The position numbers were made by a program, and so were the translations under genes. This document shows, piece by piece, positions 42,641 through 52,484 of a stretch of DNA of 64,000 bases. Source of the stretch: Myxococcales bacterium (lineage in GTDB: Bacteria; Myxococcota_A; Polyangia; Polyangiales; Polyangiaceae); contig JAYTOU010000057.1 of NCBI GenBank assembly GCA_043747615.1, forward strand, positions 64,001 through 128,000. Direction: 5' to 3'. The notes under the pieces were generated by a model. It was not told the origin of the DNA and did no database searches. It saw only the letters and a program-made list of their open reading frames with translations. Positions within the stretch are counted from its first letter, which is position 1; each line of letters begins with the position of its first letter.

Positions 42641-43227
42641 GCGGCTCGGAACGCCACGTGATCGTCGAGCGCGAGCGCGAAGGGCGCGAAGTCGAGCGCC
42701 GTGCCAATGAGGTTCCATCCACCAGGAGAAGCGAACGGATAGACGGCAGTGTAAGAGCCGCCGATACCGACGCTGCCAGCGGGAATTCTTTGTCGTGGCT
42801 GGGCGCGGCGCGGAAACGCGATACGCGGATCGACATCCCCGAGGTACGCAAAGCCCGGAAGGAAACCGATCATCTTCACCACGTAGGTACGACCGGTGTG
42901 AAGCGCGATGAGCTCGCCAATCGTGATCCCCCTTGCCGCTGCGATCTCCGGAAGATCGACGCCGTCGTAGCGCACGCGCACCTCGACCGCTGCGCGCGAG
43001 GGGGCGACGACGCCTACCTTCCTGGCGGTCAGCGCGGCGAGGATCAGCGACGGATCGCGCGGAGGCTCGCTTGGGTCGAAGGTGAGCGCCACGTGTCCCT
43101 CGGTGATCACCACGTCGATCACGTGAGCCTCTCGACGAAGCGTCTCGAAGAGGGCGCGCGCCGACATCCCGCTCGGACGAACGAAGCGAACCGCTCCGTC
43201 TCCGAGCGCTTCGATCACGTTCTTCAC
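42637..43227 (-). CDS. pxpB: 5-oxoprolinase subunit B
   Basis: YDGVDL, IGFLPGFAYLG, PAGSVGIGG, YPFASPGGWNLIG. Confidence 0.92.
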   Translation of the reverse strand: MKNVIEALGDGAVRFVRPSGMSARALFETLRREAHVIDVVITEGHVALTFDPSEPPRDPSLILAALTARKVGVVAPSRAAVEVRVRYDGVDLPEIAAARGITIGELIALHTGRTYVVKMIGFLPGFAYLGDVDPRIAFPRRAQPRQRIPAGSVGIGGSYTAVYPFASPGGWNLIGTALDFAPFALALDDHVAFRAA

Positions 43228-43907
43228 CTGGGCAGCTCCAGCGTCGCTCGCACTGCGCGCGCGATCTCCACGGCACGCGGCGTGTCACCGTGCACGCAGA
43301 TCGTCTCGAAGTTGCCCTGCGCGAGGAGCGCACGCGCGTTCTCTGACGCCTCGTCGGGATCGTCGATCAGCGCACCGGGATCGCCGCGCGGGATGAGCGC
43401 ACCGTCACGAACGCCGCGATCGGCGAAGACTTCCCGGGCGAAGCGAAGACCACGTGCGTTCGCAACCTCCCTCAGAAAGCCGGTCGGCGGACCGATCACG
43501 AGAACGCCCTCTCCCAGCGCCTCGACAGCACCACGGAGCACGGCTTCGGCAAGCGCGCGGTCGCGGTTTGCGTCGTGGTAGAGCGCGCCGTGCGGTTTCA
43601 TCGAGGTCACCCGTGCACCCAATGACGCCGCCACCTGCGCAAGCGCCCGGACCTGCTCGGTCACCGAAGCAGCGAGCGCCTCCGGAGCAATCGCCACCGA
43701 GACGCGGCCGAATCCAGGGCGATCCGCGTACGAAGGATGCGCCCCCAGCGCCGTTCCCGATTCAATGCATAGTGCAACCACATGCTGCATCGACGCTTCG
43801 TCCCCCGCATGTCCGCCGCACGCCACGTTCACGCGATGCGCGTACGTGTAGAGCGCGTCGGGCTCGTCCTCGAACTCACCTGCATCGATGTTGAGAAAGG
43901 GGGACAT
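43224..43907 (-). CDS. pxpA: 5-oxoprolinase subunit A (LamB/YcsF)
   Basis: LNIDAGE, NVACGGHAGD, GAHPSY.D..GFGR, KPHGALY, EVFADR, TICVHGD. Confidence 0.93.
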   Translation of the reverse strand: MSPFLNIDAGEFEDEPDALYTYAHRVNVACGGHAGDEASMQHVVALCIESGTALGAHPSYADRPGFGRVSVAIAPEALAASVTEQVRALAQVAASLGARVTSMKPHGALYHDANRDRALAEAVLRGAVEALGEGVLVIGPPTGFLREVANARGLRFAREVFADRGVRDGALIPRGDPGALIDDPDEASENARALLAQGNFETICVHGDTPRAVEIARAVRATLELPR

Positions 43908-43935
43908 CCTCCCCATCTTATTATAAGGGGAGCAC

Positions 43936-44835
43936 ATGGCCGAATCGATGAACGAGGGCACCCCGTCGCGCCACGTGACCGTGACCGAAGAGCGCTTGAT
44001 CGATGTGGGGCGAGGCGTCCGCCTCCATGTGCTCATGGCCGGCGAGGGCACGCCTGTCCTTCTGCTTCACGGCTTCCCGCAGTCATCGTACGCCTGGCGA
44101 GAGATCGTCGCGCCCCTCGTGGCGGCAGGCTACCGGGTGATCATGCCGGACATGCGAGGCTACGGCCTCTCCGATAAACCGCGCAGCGCCGCGCAGTACG
44201 CGACGCCTGTTCTCGTTTCTGACATGAAGAACCTGCTCGGCACTCTCGGTCACGGTCGCGCGCACGTGGTGGGGCACGACTGGGGCGGCGTCGTCGCTTG
44301 GCACTTCACCGCGTCGCACCCCGAGCTCGTCGATCGACTGGTGATCATCAACGGTCCCCATCCGGATCGCATAAGCGAGCGCCTGCGACACTCCGCCGCG
44401 CAGCGGAAGAAGTCTTGGTACATCTTTTTCTTCCAGCTTCCTTGGCTCCCGGAGCTTTTCCTCACGCGCCCGACCACGATGCGCCGGCTCTTCATGGCCT
44501 CTGCGTTCAAAAAAGAGGCCTTCAGCGACGAGGTGATCGACACCTACACGCGAGCCGTCCGCGAGCCCGGCGCAGCGAGCGGCATGCTGAACTACTACCG
44601 CGCAGCCGCGCGGCGGCCCACAAAGCCCCTCGCGCAGATCGAGCGACCGACGCTCGTCTTGTGGGGCGAGCGCGACACTGCCCTCGGAGCAGATCTCCTC
44701 GATCGTCTCGGAGAGCACGTTCGCGATCTGCGCGTGCACCGAATCCCCGATGCGTCGCACTGGGTGGTGGAAGAGAAGCCCGAGCTAGTCGTGAGCGAAT
44801 TGACCGCATTTTTTGCGGCGAATCCGCCGAGCTGA
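43936..44835 (+). CDS. Alpha/beta hydrolase (epoxide hydrolase-like)
   Basis: LLHGFP, DMRGYGLS, GHDWGG, LNYYRA, SHWV. Confidence 0.9.
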   Translation: MAESMNEGTPSRHVTVTEERLIDVGRGVRLHVLMAGEGTPVLLLHGFPQSSYAWREIVAPLVAAGYRVIMPDMRGYGLSDKPRSAAQYATPVLVSDMKNLLGTLGHGRAHVVGHDWGGVVAWHFTASHPELVDRLVIINGPHPDRISERLRHSAAQRKKSWYIFFFQLPWLPELFLTRPTTMRRLFMASAFKKEAFSDEVIDTYTRAVREPGAASGMLNYYRAAARRPTKPLAQIERPTLVLWGERDTALGADLLDRLGEHVRDLRVHRIPDASHWVVEEKPELVVSELTAFFAANPPS

Positions 44836-44962
44836 CGAAGTCTCACCACAGTTCACGGTCGCGCCGATCCCATCGCGCATTCGATGAATTCCAAGAAATC
44901 CTCCAAGCTCGGTGACACTCGGTTGGTCTGAATCCCTGCACGGTAAACCGAGGGAGCGCACC

Positions 44963-45532
44963 ATGGCCGGAGTAAGTGTCGATTCGGGGAGCAAGGGCGG
45001 TCGAAGAGCTCTCGATTCCGAGCTGAACATGATTCCAATGATCGATCTCCTCATGGTGACGATCTCGTTTCTGTTGATCACCGCGGTCTGGAGCAACATG
45101 ACGCGGCTCGATGCCAACGCGCAGGTACCGGGCGATCCCACCCTCGCTCCCACCCCCGACAAGGTGGAAAAAACGCTCCACGTCGAGATGGGCGACGCCG
45201 AAAAATTCGTCCTCAGCTGGCGCGACGGGGCGACGGTGATCGATCGCTTCGAGGTCCCACGAAAGGACGTCGTGCATCGCGAAGGAACGGTGCGTGTCGT
45301 TCAGTTCCCGGACCTCACCGCCAAGGTCGCCGAGGCCTGGAATACGAGCGGCGTTCACCGCGATCCCACCGACACCACGTTCGATCGTATCGTCCTCCAC
45401 ACGGACGATCGCACGGCCTACGCCGAGATGATCGGAGTCATGGACGCCCTGAACCAACCCAGGCGCGCGCTGAGAACCGGCTCGAAGGTCGAGCAAGTGG
45501 CAGCGTTTCGAGTCGTCTTTTCGGCAAAGTGA
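44963..45532 (+). CDS. ExbD/TolR-family protein
   Basis: LNMIPMIDLLMVTISFLLITAV with conserved TM Asp; MIGVMD. Confidence 0.82.
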   Translation: MAGVSVDSGSKGGRRALDSELNMIPMIDLLMVTISFLLITAVWSNMTRLDANAQVPGDPTLAPTPDKVEKTLHVEMGDAEKFVLSWRDGATVIDRFEVPRKDVVHREGTVRVVQFPDLTAKVAEAWNTSGVHRDPTDTTFDRIVLHTDDRTAYAEMIGVMDALNQPRRALRTGSKVEQVAAFRVVFSAK

Positions 45533-45571
45533 TGAATTGAACGACTCGGCGAAGCGACGAATTGATCGACT
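45531..45571. repeat. Two imperfect 16-bp direct repeats GAYGAATTGAWCGACT upstream of amtB
   Basis: 45531-45546 and 45556-45571, 14/16 identical, 25-bp period. Confidence 0.65.
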
Positions 45572-45633
45572 GAGAAACCTGACCGAAACACAGGGCTCGT
45601 AGTCTCGAGCTCAGCTTGGGTGACGCCACTACT

Positions 45634-46842
45634 TTGAATACGGGCGATACAGCGTGGCTCCTCATGAGCACGGCGCTCGTTCTTCTCATGACCCCCGCAC
45701 TTGCCCTTTTTTACGGGGGAATGGTGCGGAAGAAGAACGTCCTCTCCACCATCATGCACTCGATGGCGGCCATTCCCATCCTCAGCGTGAAGTGGGTGCT
45801 CTTCGGCTACTCGCTCGCGTTCGCACCAACGAAGTGGGGAATCATCGGCGGCCTCGACTACGTGGGCCTGCGCGGAGTTGCTGGGACGCTCCACGGCACC
45901 GTGCCGACGCTCGCGTTCGTCGCCTTCCAGATGATGTTCGCGGTCATCACGCCCGCGCTCATCTCCGGCGCGTTTGCGGAGCGCATGAAATTTTCGGCGT
46001 ACATCGTGTTCATCCTGGTGTGGTCGACGCTCGTCTACGATCCGGTCGCGCACTGGGTGTGGGCCGAGGGCGGCTGGCTCTTCAAGCTCGGCGTGCTCGA
46101 CTTCGCGGGCGGCACCGTGGTGCATCTCACCGCCGGATTGTCCGCGCTGGTGTGCGCGCTCGTCATCGGAAAAAGGCTAAAATACCCGCACGAACGGCCT
46201 CTACCGCACAACCTCACGATGACCCTCACTGGAGCTGGGCTTCTGTGGTTCGGGTGGTTCGGCTTCAACGCCGGAAGCGCGCTCGCCTCGTCGCAGCTCG
46301 CAGCTCTCGCCTTCGTGACGACCCACTTGGGAGCCGCCGGTGGCGCGCTCGGGTGGCTCGCGATCGAGTGGTACCGGACCGGAAAACCCACAGCGCTGGG
46401 CGTCGCGTCGGGCCTCGTAGCCGGTCTCGTCGCGATTACGCCTGCCGCGGGGTTCGTCGCCCCGTGGGCCGCGATCGTCATTGGCTTCGTGGCGAGCGTC
46501 GTTTGCTTCCTCGCGGTCCAAGCCAAATACAAATATGGCTACGACGATTCTCTCGACGCCTTCGGTGTTCACGGCGTCGGCGGTCTCACCGGCGCGCTCC
46601 TCACCGGGGTCTTCGCCCAGAAATCGCTCAACGACGCCGGCTCCGACGGGCTCTTGTTCGGCAACGCGCACCAGCTTGGGATTCAAGCGCTCGCCTGCGC
46701 AGTCGCCGGCCTTTACGCCTCGGTCGTCACCCTCGTGCTTCTGCGGGTCATCGACAAAACGATGGGCCTCCGAGTCGTGGAGAGCGACGAGCGCGAAGGC
46801 CTCGATTCCACCCAGCACGGTGAGGACGGCTACTCGGGGTGA
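45634..46842 (+). CDS. amtB: Ammonium transporter
   Basis: GDTAW, LFYGGMVR, FQMMFA, DFAGGTVVH, LWFGWFGFNAGS, DDSLDAFGVHG. Start uncertain (TTG 45634 or 45616). Confidence 0.96.
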   Translation: MNTGDTAWLLMSTALVLLMTPALALFYGGMVRKKNVLSTIMHSMAAIPILSVKWVLFGYSLAFAPTKWGIIGGLDYVGLRGVAGTLHGTVPTLAFVAFQMMFAVITPALISGAFAERMKFSAYIVFILVWSTLVYDPVAHWVWAEGGWLFKLGVLDFAGGTVVHLTAGLSALVCALVIGKRLKYPHERPLPHNLTMTLTGAGLLWFGWFGFNAGSALASSQLAALAFVTTHLGAAGGALGWLAIEWYRTGKPTALGVASGLVAGLVAITPAAGFVAPWAAIVIGFVASVVCFLAVQAKYKYGYDDSLDAFGVHGVGGLTGALLTGVFAQKSLNDAGSDGLLFGNAHQLGIQALACAVAGLYASVVTLVLLRVIDKTMGLRVVESDEREGLDSTQHGEDGYSG

Positions 46843-46934
46843 GCGCCACTCACGGCTGAGCTTTTGGTGGGACACGTGTGGGCCGGGCGCGCGTGACACG
46901 CCGTACACCGCTGTTTTTGCTAGGCGATTCGCCT

Positions 46935-46950
46935 TGGGAGCGATCCTGCA
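46935..46950 (+). promoter_or_regulatory. Weak candidate sigma54 promoter TGGGAGCGATCCTGCA
   Basis: GG-N10-GC upstream of the enhancer-binding protein gene. Confidence 0.4.
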
Positions 46951-47011
46951 CAAAAACGTGTGAGGCAATTCGCAACGTGGTGGAACGCGCCACCATCCAA
47001 CTCCGGTATCC

Positions 47012-48451
47012 ATGACACAGCTCGCTGAAGCACGGTCGGACGAGGCTCCTCAGAAGGATCGACCGTCGGCCCAGGGGCGGATCCTCATCATCGACGACGA
47101 CCGAAGCATGTGTGAAATCCTCGAGAGTGCACTCAAGCGGCGCGACTTTGCCGTTGCCACGCGCACCTCCCCCGAAGAGGGGCTTCGGCTGCTCGGGGAC
47201 CAAGATTTCGACGTCGTGGTCACCGACCTCAATATGCAAGGAATGAGCGGCGTCGACCTGTGTCGTCAGATCGCCGAGAACCGCGAGGACATTCCGGTGG
47301 TGGTGATGACGGCCTTTGGCAGCATGGAAACCGCCGTCGCCGCCATCCGTGCAGGCGCCTACGACTTCGTCACCAAGCCGTTCGAGATGGACGACATCGC
47401 GCTTACCCTCGAGCGCGCTCTTCGCCACCGGCAGCTGCGTGAAGAGGTTCGTCGATTGAAGCGCGCCGTCGACGAGACGAAGCGTTTGGACGACATCATC
47501 GGCCAGAGCGGCACGATGGAGAAGGTCCACGATCTCCTCAACCGCGTCGCCGACAGCGACACCACAGTCCTCGTCACCGGCGAAAGCGGCACCGGCAAGG
47601 AGCTCGTCGCCAAGGCTCTGCATCGCCGTAGCCCACGCGCGAAGGGGCCGTTCGTAGCCATCAACTGCGCGGCCATGCCTGAGAGCCTTCTCGAGAGCGA
47701 GCTCTTCGGACACACGCGCGGCGCCTTCACCGACGCCCGCCAAGCCCGACCGGGACTCTTCGTCAAGGCCACACAAGGCACGCTTTTTCTCGATGAAATC
47801 GGCGAAATGCCAATGGGCATGCAAGCCAAGCTCCTGCGCGCCCTTCAGGAGCGCACCGTGCGCCCCGTCGGCGGTGACGTCGAGGTTCCGTTCGACGCGC
47901 GGCTCGTCGCGGCCACCAACCGCGATCTCGAGACCGAGGTCGACGAGAAGCGCTTCCGCGAAGATCTCTTCTACCGAATCAACGTCGTCCGCATCAACGT
48001 GCCTCCGCTCCGTGGTCGAGGGAGCGACGTCCTTCTCCTCGCGCAGCACTTCATCGAGCGCTACGCAGCCCAATCACGCTCGAAAGTAACGGGCATGTCG
48101 AGCGGCGCGGCGGACAAGCTCCTTTCCTATCCGTGGCCGGGCAACGTGCGAGAGCTTCAGAACTGCATCGAGCGCGCCGTCGCTCTTGCTCGCTTCGAGC
48201 AAATCGGGGTCGACGATCTTCCCGAGAAAATTCGGGACTTCAAGTCATCGCGCATCATCGTGGAGACGGAAGATCCCTCCGAGCTCTTGCCGATGGACGA
48301 GGTCGAGCGTCGTTACATTCTCCGCGTGCTCGAGGCCGTCGGCGGAAACAAAACCATGGCCGCCCAGGTCCTTGGCTTCGACCGGCGCACCCTCTACCGC
48401 AAGCTGGAGCGGTGCGGCGCGGGCGACAACAAAAAAGATTCCCGCGAGTAG
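47012..48451 (+). CDS. Sigma54-dependent response regulator (NtrC/AtoC family)
   Basis: REC, GESGTGKE, ESELFGH..GAFTDA, FLDEIGE, WPGNVREL, Fis HTH. Confidence 0.95.
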   Translation: MTQLAEARSDEAPQKDRPSAQGRILIIDDDRSMCEILESALKRRDFAVATRTSPEEGLRLLGDQDFDVVVTDLNMQGMSGVDLCRQIAENREDIPVVVMTAFGSMETAVAAIRAGAYDFVTKPFEMDDIALTLERALRHRQLREEVRRLKRAVDETKRLDDIIGQSGTMEKVHDLLNRVADSDTTVLVTGESGTGKELVAKALHRRSPRAKGPFVAINCAAMPESLLESELFGHTRGAFTDARQARPGLFVKATQGTLFLDEIGEMPMGMQAKLLRALQERTVRPVGGDVEVPFDARLVAATNRDLETEVDEKRFREDLFYRINVVRINVPPLRGRGSDVLLLAQHFIERYAAQSRSKVTGMSSGAADKLLSYPWPGNVRELQNCIERAVALARFEQIGVDDLPEKIRDFKSSRIIVETEDPSELLPMDEVERRYILRVLEAVGGNKTMAAQVLGFDRRTLYRKLERCGAGDNKKDSRE

Positions 48452-48613
48452 GGGCTGTCCCGCATTCGTTGGTTTGGGCAGTCCACATCCTCCGGATGCT
48501 CGAAGTAGTAAGCGGCGTGGTGATCGCGGCGTTGTGAGGCAGAAAGGAACGGGCCCGAACGAGCGCGCGCTCTGTTTCCCGCAGATATCCCGCACTTTTC
48601 CATGCGCTCGCAC

Positions 48614-48629
48614 CGGCACGTGAGGTGCA
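48614..48629 (+). promoter_or_regulatory. Sigma54 promoter CGGCACGTGAGGTGCA
   Basis: Close to the TGGCACG-N4-TTGC consensus with exact GG-N10-GC spacing. Confidence 0.7.
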
Positions 48630-48685
48630 CTGCCTTCTTGCTCCCAAGAACCACGCGGAGCAACGGAAAGGAAAAAGGCTTGGAC

Positions 48686-49069
48686 GTGCACGGCACTCGC
48701 AAGACGAAGCTAGTGATGATTGCGGACGACGACGAGGATCACCGCCATCTCGTTGCCTCCGTGATGCGTCGCGCCGGCTTCGACGTTCTGGAGGCGCGCG
48801 ACGGCGCCGAGCTCCTTGCCATGTGTGACGAGCACGGGTTTCCAGATGTCGTAGTGACCGACGTCATGATGCCCCGCTGCTCCGGCTTCGGCGTGCTACA
48901 GCGTCTTCAGGAAGTGAAACCGGGTCTGCCTGTCGTCCTGATCAGCGCCGTCGGCGACGAGAGCGTTCGCCGCATGGCCGTCGATCTCGGAGCGGCCGCG
49001 ATGCTCGAAAAGCCCTTCGACTTTTCCACGCTCCGTGAGCTCGTCACGCGGGTCGCTTTCGTCGCGTAG
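48686..49069 (+). CDS. Single-domain response regulator
   Basis: IADDD, VVTDVMMP, ISA, EKPF; GTG 48686. Confidence 0.88.
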   Translation: MHGTRKTKLVMIADDDEDHRHLVASVMRRAGFDVLEARDGAELLAMCDEHGFPDVVVTDVMMPRCSGFGVLQRLQEVKPGLPVVLISAVGDESVRRMAVDLGAAAMLEKPFDFSTLRELVTRVAFVA

Positions 49070-49088
49070 TCCCCACAAAAAAATTGAG

Positions 49089-50579
49089 CTACGAGGACGC
49101 TGTGGGGAGCGGTACTTCCCGAGGTACGCGTACCGTCAGTCGGGCGCCTGCCGGCTTACCTTCCGACGTCTTGAGATTTTCTGCGCGCGCGCTACCGCCG
49201 TGGGTCTCGACGATCGCCCGCACGATGGCAAGACCGAGCCCCGTTCCGGATTTGGGTGCCTCCACCCGCGAGAAGCGCTCGAAAATGCTGTCGATGGCGT
49301 TCTCGGGAATACCCTGACCGTCGTCGGTCACTTCCAGGACGAGGTCTTCGCCTTCGGCCCACAACCGAACCTTCACTGATGTTTTTGCGAAGCGAACCGC
49401 GTTCGAGAGCAGGTTCGACAGCACCTGCGTGATCCGCTCGGCGTCGACGTTGGCCTCGAGGGGGGAGGCGGGGGCGTCGAGCTGGATGGTTATGGTGGTG
49501 CCGCCGTCGATGCGCTGTGTGTCGTCGCATACATGCTTGGCGAGCGGGCGAACGTCCGTCTTGCGCCGAACGAGATCCAGCTTTCCTGATTCTATCCGCG
49601 ACAAGAGAACGAGGTTCGAGGCCAAGCGGGTGAGGCGCTCGACGCTCCGTCGAACGAGGACAACGAGAAATTCCTGGTCCTTGTTGAGCTGGCCGACGTC
49701 TTTCCTGGAGAGCTCGTTGATCGCGCCCATGATCACCCCGAGGGGTGCGCGGATGTCGTGCGAGACCATGGACAAGAGGTTCACCTGGAGCGTGTGCATC
49801 CGCTGAAGGTCTTCGTACGCGCTTGCCAGGCTCGCTTCGGCCTTGCGCCGTTCGGTAAGATCGTCGAGGAGAAGAACGAAAGCGACGTGCTCTGGCCCTT
49901 CCTTCACCGACGCACCGCGGAGCTCGAGGCTGCGCGTCGTTCCATCGCGGTGGGAGAGCTGCATCACCCGAGAGCCCTCGGCGACGGCCGCGATCTCGCG
50001 AAGCTGCTCCGTCCCGAAAAAATTCTTGAGGGGAGAGCCGAGGGCGTCCTCCTCGCGCAGTCCGAGCATCTCGCTCGCGCGATCGTTGAGGCTGACGATG
50101 ACCCCGTTGCTGTCGCAGATCAGCACGCCGCTCGTTCCGTGCTCGAGGATGCTGTCCAGGTAACGCATCGTGGACATCGTCACCGGCGTCAGGCGATCCG
50201 CACGTTTTTCCGAGGTGACGCGCGGCCGCCCTAGTGCTTCTTCGAGAGCGCTGACGATGCCTTTCGGATCCTCCGCGGAGCGGCAGATCACTCTCTCTCC
50301 GACGAAAGGTGCCGCATCCGTGCTTCGCGAAAGCCGCTCGAGTCGCTCACGAGACGCCAGAATCAGGAGGCCCACACTCGCGTCGATGGCACGCACCCGT
50401 TGGGCGATCCGCACTGGCCCGTCGACCCCCGGGCCGAGCACGACCGCCTGCACCCCGCCGGCTTCGACGCGGGCAAGGAGATCCCTCGCGGTCTCTACTT
50501 CTTCAACGGGCGCGGAAAGCCCCGCCGTTTCGAGGTGAAATGGCGAGCTTGATGGTGGCTGAAGGAGAAGGACGGTCAC
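49089..50579 (-). CDS. PAS-domain sensor histidine kinase with degenerate receiver-like N-terminus
   Basis: PAS (GVLICD), SHDIRAPL, QVLSNLLSNA, DDGQGI, GTGLGL. Confidence 0.9.
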   Translation of the reverse strand: MTVLLLQPPSSSPFHLETAGLSAPVEEVETARDLLARVEAGGVQAVVLGPGVDGPVRIAQRVRAIDASVGLLILASRERLERLSRSTDAAPFVGERVICRSAEDPKGIVSALEEALGRPRVTSEKRADRLTPVTMSTMRYLDSILEHGTSGVLICDSNGVIVSLNDRASEMLGLREEDALGSPLKNFFGTEQLREIAAVAEGSRVMQLSHRDGTTRSLELRGASVKEGPEHVAFVLLLDDLTERRKAEASLASAYEDLQRMHTLQVNLLSMVSHDIRAPLGVIMGAINELSRKDVGQLNKDQEFLVVLVRRSVERLTRLASNLVLLSRIESGKLDLVRRKTDVRPLAKHVCDDTQRIDGGTTITIQLDAPASPLEANVDAERITQVLSNLLSNAVRFAKTSVKVRLWAEGEDLVLEVTDDGQGIPENAIDSIFERFSRVEAPKSGTGLGLAIVRAIVETHGGSARAENLKTSEGKPAGARLTVRVPREVPLPTASS

Positions 50580-50684
50580 GATAGCTCTTCACACCGCTCT
50601 TCTGATGCCAGCCGATGGGTTGTGGTTTCCAACAAAACATCACGCGTGGCCTATGCTTCTTGCCGTGACGCGTTTTTGGATGCC

Positions 50685-51845
50685 ATGAGAAATCGCCGGC
50701 AACCGCGGTTTTCGTGGCGTGGCGCATGGATGCTCCCGGCGACCCTGATGATCGTCCTTGCCACCGAGCCCTGGTCGCACGTGCGCGCAGCCTCGCTTCT
50801 GCTTCTTCTCTCGACGGCCGACGCCCCCACGGGATTTTCCGCGCTGAGCGGGCACGCGGTCGAGGAGGTCAGTTTCGTCCTTGAATTCCCGGGTATTCCG
50901 AGAGCGCGCGCGCGCCTCTACAAGCCGAAAGGCGTGGCGGAGCCGCCGGGGCTGGTGATCGTGCATGGCGTGCACCGCCTTGGCGTCGATGAGCCGCGGA
51001 TGGTGAAGTTCGCGCGCGCCATAGCGTCTTCGGGGGTGGTCGTGCTCACACCCGAGCTGAAGGATCTTGCCGATTACCGCGTCGATCCGCGGTCGATCGA
51101 GATCATCGGGAGGGCCGCCGGCGATCTCGCAGAGCGCGTGCATCGCTCCGGGGTCGGGGTTCTAGGGTTCAGCTTCGCGGGCGGACTCTCTCTTCTTGCG
51201 GCGGCCGATCCCCTCTATGCGCCGAGCATCTCGTTCGTTGCCGCCGTGGGTGCGCACGACGATCTCTCGCGGGTCTCGCATTTTTTCGCCACGAACGAGA
51301 TCTCCGATGCCGATGGCCGCATGCTTCACCTGACCGCCCACGACTACGGGCTCCTCGTCCTCGTCCACGCCCACGCGGAGGATTTCTTCGCGCCGCAAGA
51401 TACGGACGGCGCGCGTGACGCTCTCCGCGCGTGGCTCTGGGAAGACCGTGACGCCGCCCGCGTGGGCGCAAAAGCTCTCAGCGCCGCTGGGCAGGCGAAG
51501 CTCGCGCTCCTCTTCTCGCCTCGTTCGGGAGAGATCGGGCCTGAGATTCTCGCGGTGCTCGGCCGCCACGAAGGCGAGATGGCCGCCGTCTCTCCGCACG
51601 GTCATCTCGGAGGCGTGCACGTTCCCGTGTATCTGCTCCACGGTGCAGGCGACACTGTCATTCCGCCGAGCGAAACGTCGTGGCTCGCGCGGGACGTGCC
51701 GCAGGCCTGCTTGAGGAGCGCGCTCATCAGTCCGGCGATTTCTCACGTAGAGCTCGGCGGCGAGCCCAGCGTGCAGGAGCACTTCGCCCTCGTTCATTTC
51801 ATGTCTGGTCTTCTCGACGAGATGGCGAGCGAACGTATGCGTTGA
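50685..51845 (+). CDS. Alpha/beta hydrolase-fold protein, probably exported
   Basis: IVHG, nucleophile elbow GFSFAG, LLHGAGD.VIP, SH. Start uncertain. Confidence 0.7.
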   Translation: MRNRRQPRFSWRGAWMLPATLMIVLATEPWSHVRAASLLLLLSTADAPTGFSALSGHAVEEVSFVLEFPGIPRARARLYKPKGVAEPPGLVIVHGVHRLGVDEPRMVKFARAIASSGVVVLTPELKDLADYRVDPRSIEIIGRAAGDLAERVHRSGVGVLGFSFAGGLSLLAAADPLYAPSISFVAAVGAHDDLSRVSHFFATNEISDADGRMLHLTAHDYGLLVLVHAHAEDFFAPQDTDGARDALRAWLWEDRDAARVGAKALSAAGQAKLALLFSPRSGEIGPEILAVLGRHEGEMAAVSPHGHLGGVHVPVYLLHGAGDTVIPPSETSWLARDVPQACLRSALISPAISHVELGGEPSVQEHFALVHFMSGLLDEMASERMR

Positions 51846-51866
51846 CGGCTCCGCCAGCCGCTTCGA

Positions 51867-52472
51867 TCAGTCTTCCCAGTGCCACTTTTCGGAGGTCACC
51901 GTGCGCCGGAAACGATGCCCACCGGCGTGGCTCGCGAGCCAGCGATAGACGCCCGGATCGCTCGTATTGAGGTCGAGCGCTTTGCCGCTCTGGTGATTGG
52001 AGAAGCCTGGATGCGCCGCAAGATTCCCGGTTCCCGCTCGGTACGCGGAGTAGAGCTCGCGTTGCCGAGTCATCGTCCGAAAGCCGCTGACGACGCGTAG
52101 GTCGACGCCGTCGGCGCGGGCGGCGGCTTTGAGCGCCTGGTAAGAGGCGGCGGTGTGAACCTCGACCAGCTTGCCTTCGACGCTCGTCACGCAAATGGAG
52201 ATCTCGACACCACGGCGGTATCCATGGGTGTTCGTGCACGCGCTGAGGGCGTCGGCGGAGGTGCCCGGAGCTGCCGGATCCTGCGCGGCGTCGAGCTGCT
52301 GATCGCCATCGGTGTCGGCCGTGGGCTCTTCTCCGTCTTCGCCCGTGCTCGTTGCGCCGGCCGCAAGCTCCGCGGCCGTGATCCCGTCGCTCTCGCTGGA
52401 CCCACTACCAGACGCCGAGCATGCGTTGAGGACGACAAGACCGAGTGCAGCGGGGACGAGACGAAAGCGCAT
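51867..52472 (-). CDS. M15B (VanY-like) D,D-carboxypeptidase lipoprotein
   Basis: Lipobox LNAC, SGFRT, SNHQSGKALD (SxHxxGxAxD), EKWH. Confidence 0.88.
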   Translation of the reverse strand: MRFRLVPAALGLVVLNACSASGSGSSESDGITAAELAAGATSTGEDGEEPTADTDGDQQLDAAQDPAAPGTSADALSACTNTHGYRRGVEISICVTSVEGKLVEVHTAASYQALKAAARADGVDLRVVSGFRTMTRQRELYSAYRAGTGNLAAHPGFSNHQSGKALDLNTSDPGVYRWLASHAGGHRFRRTVTSEKWHWED

Positions 52473-52484
52473 GTTCTCTTACAA

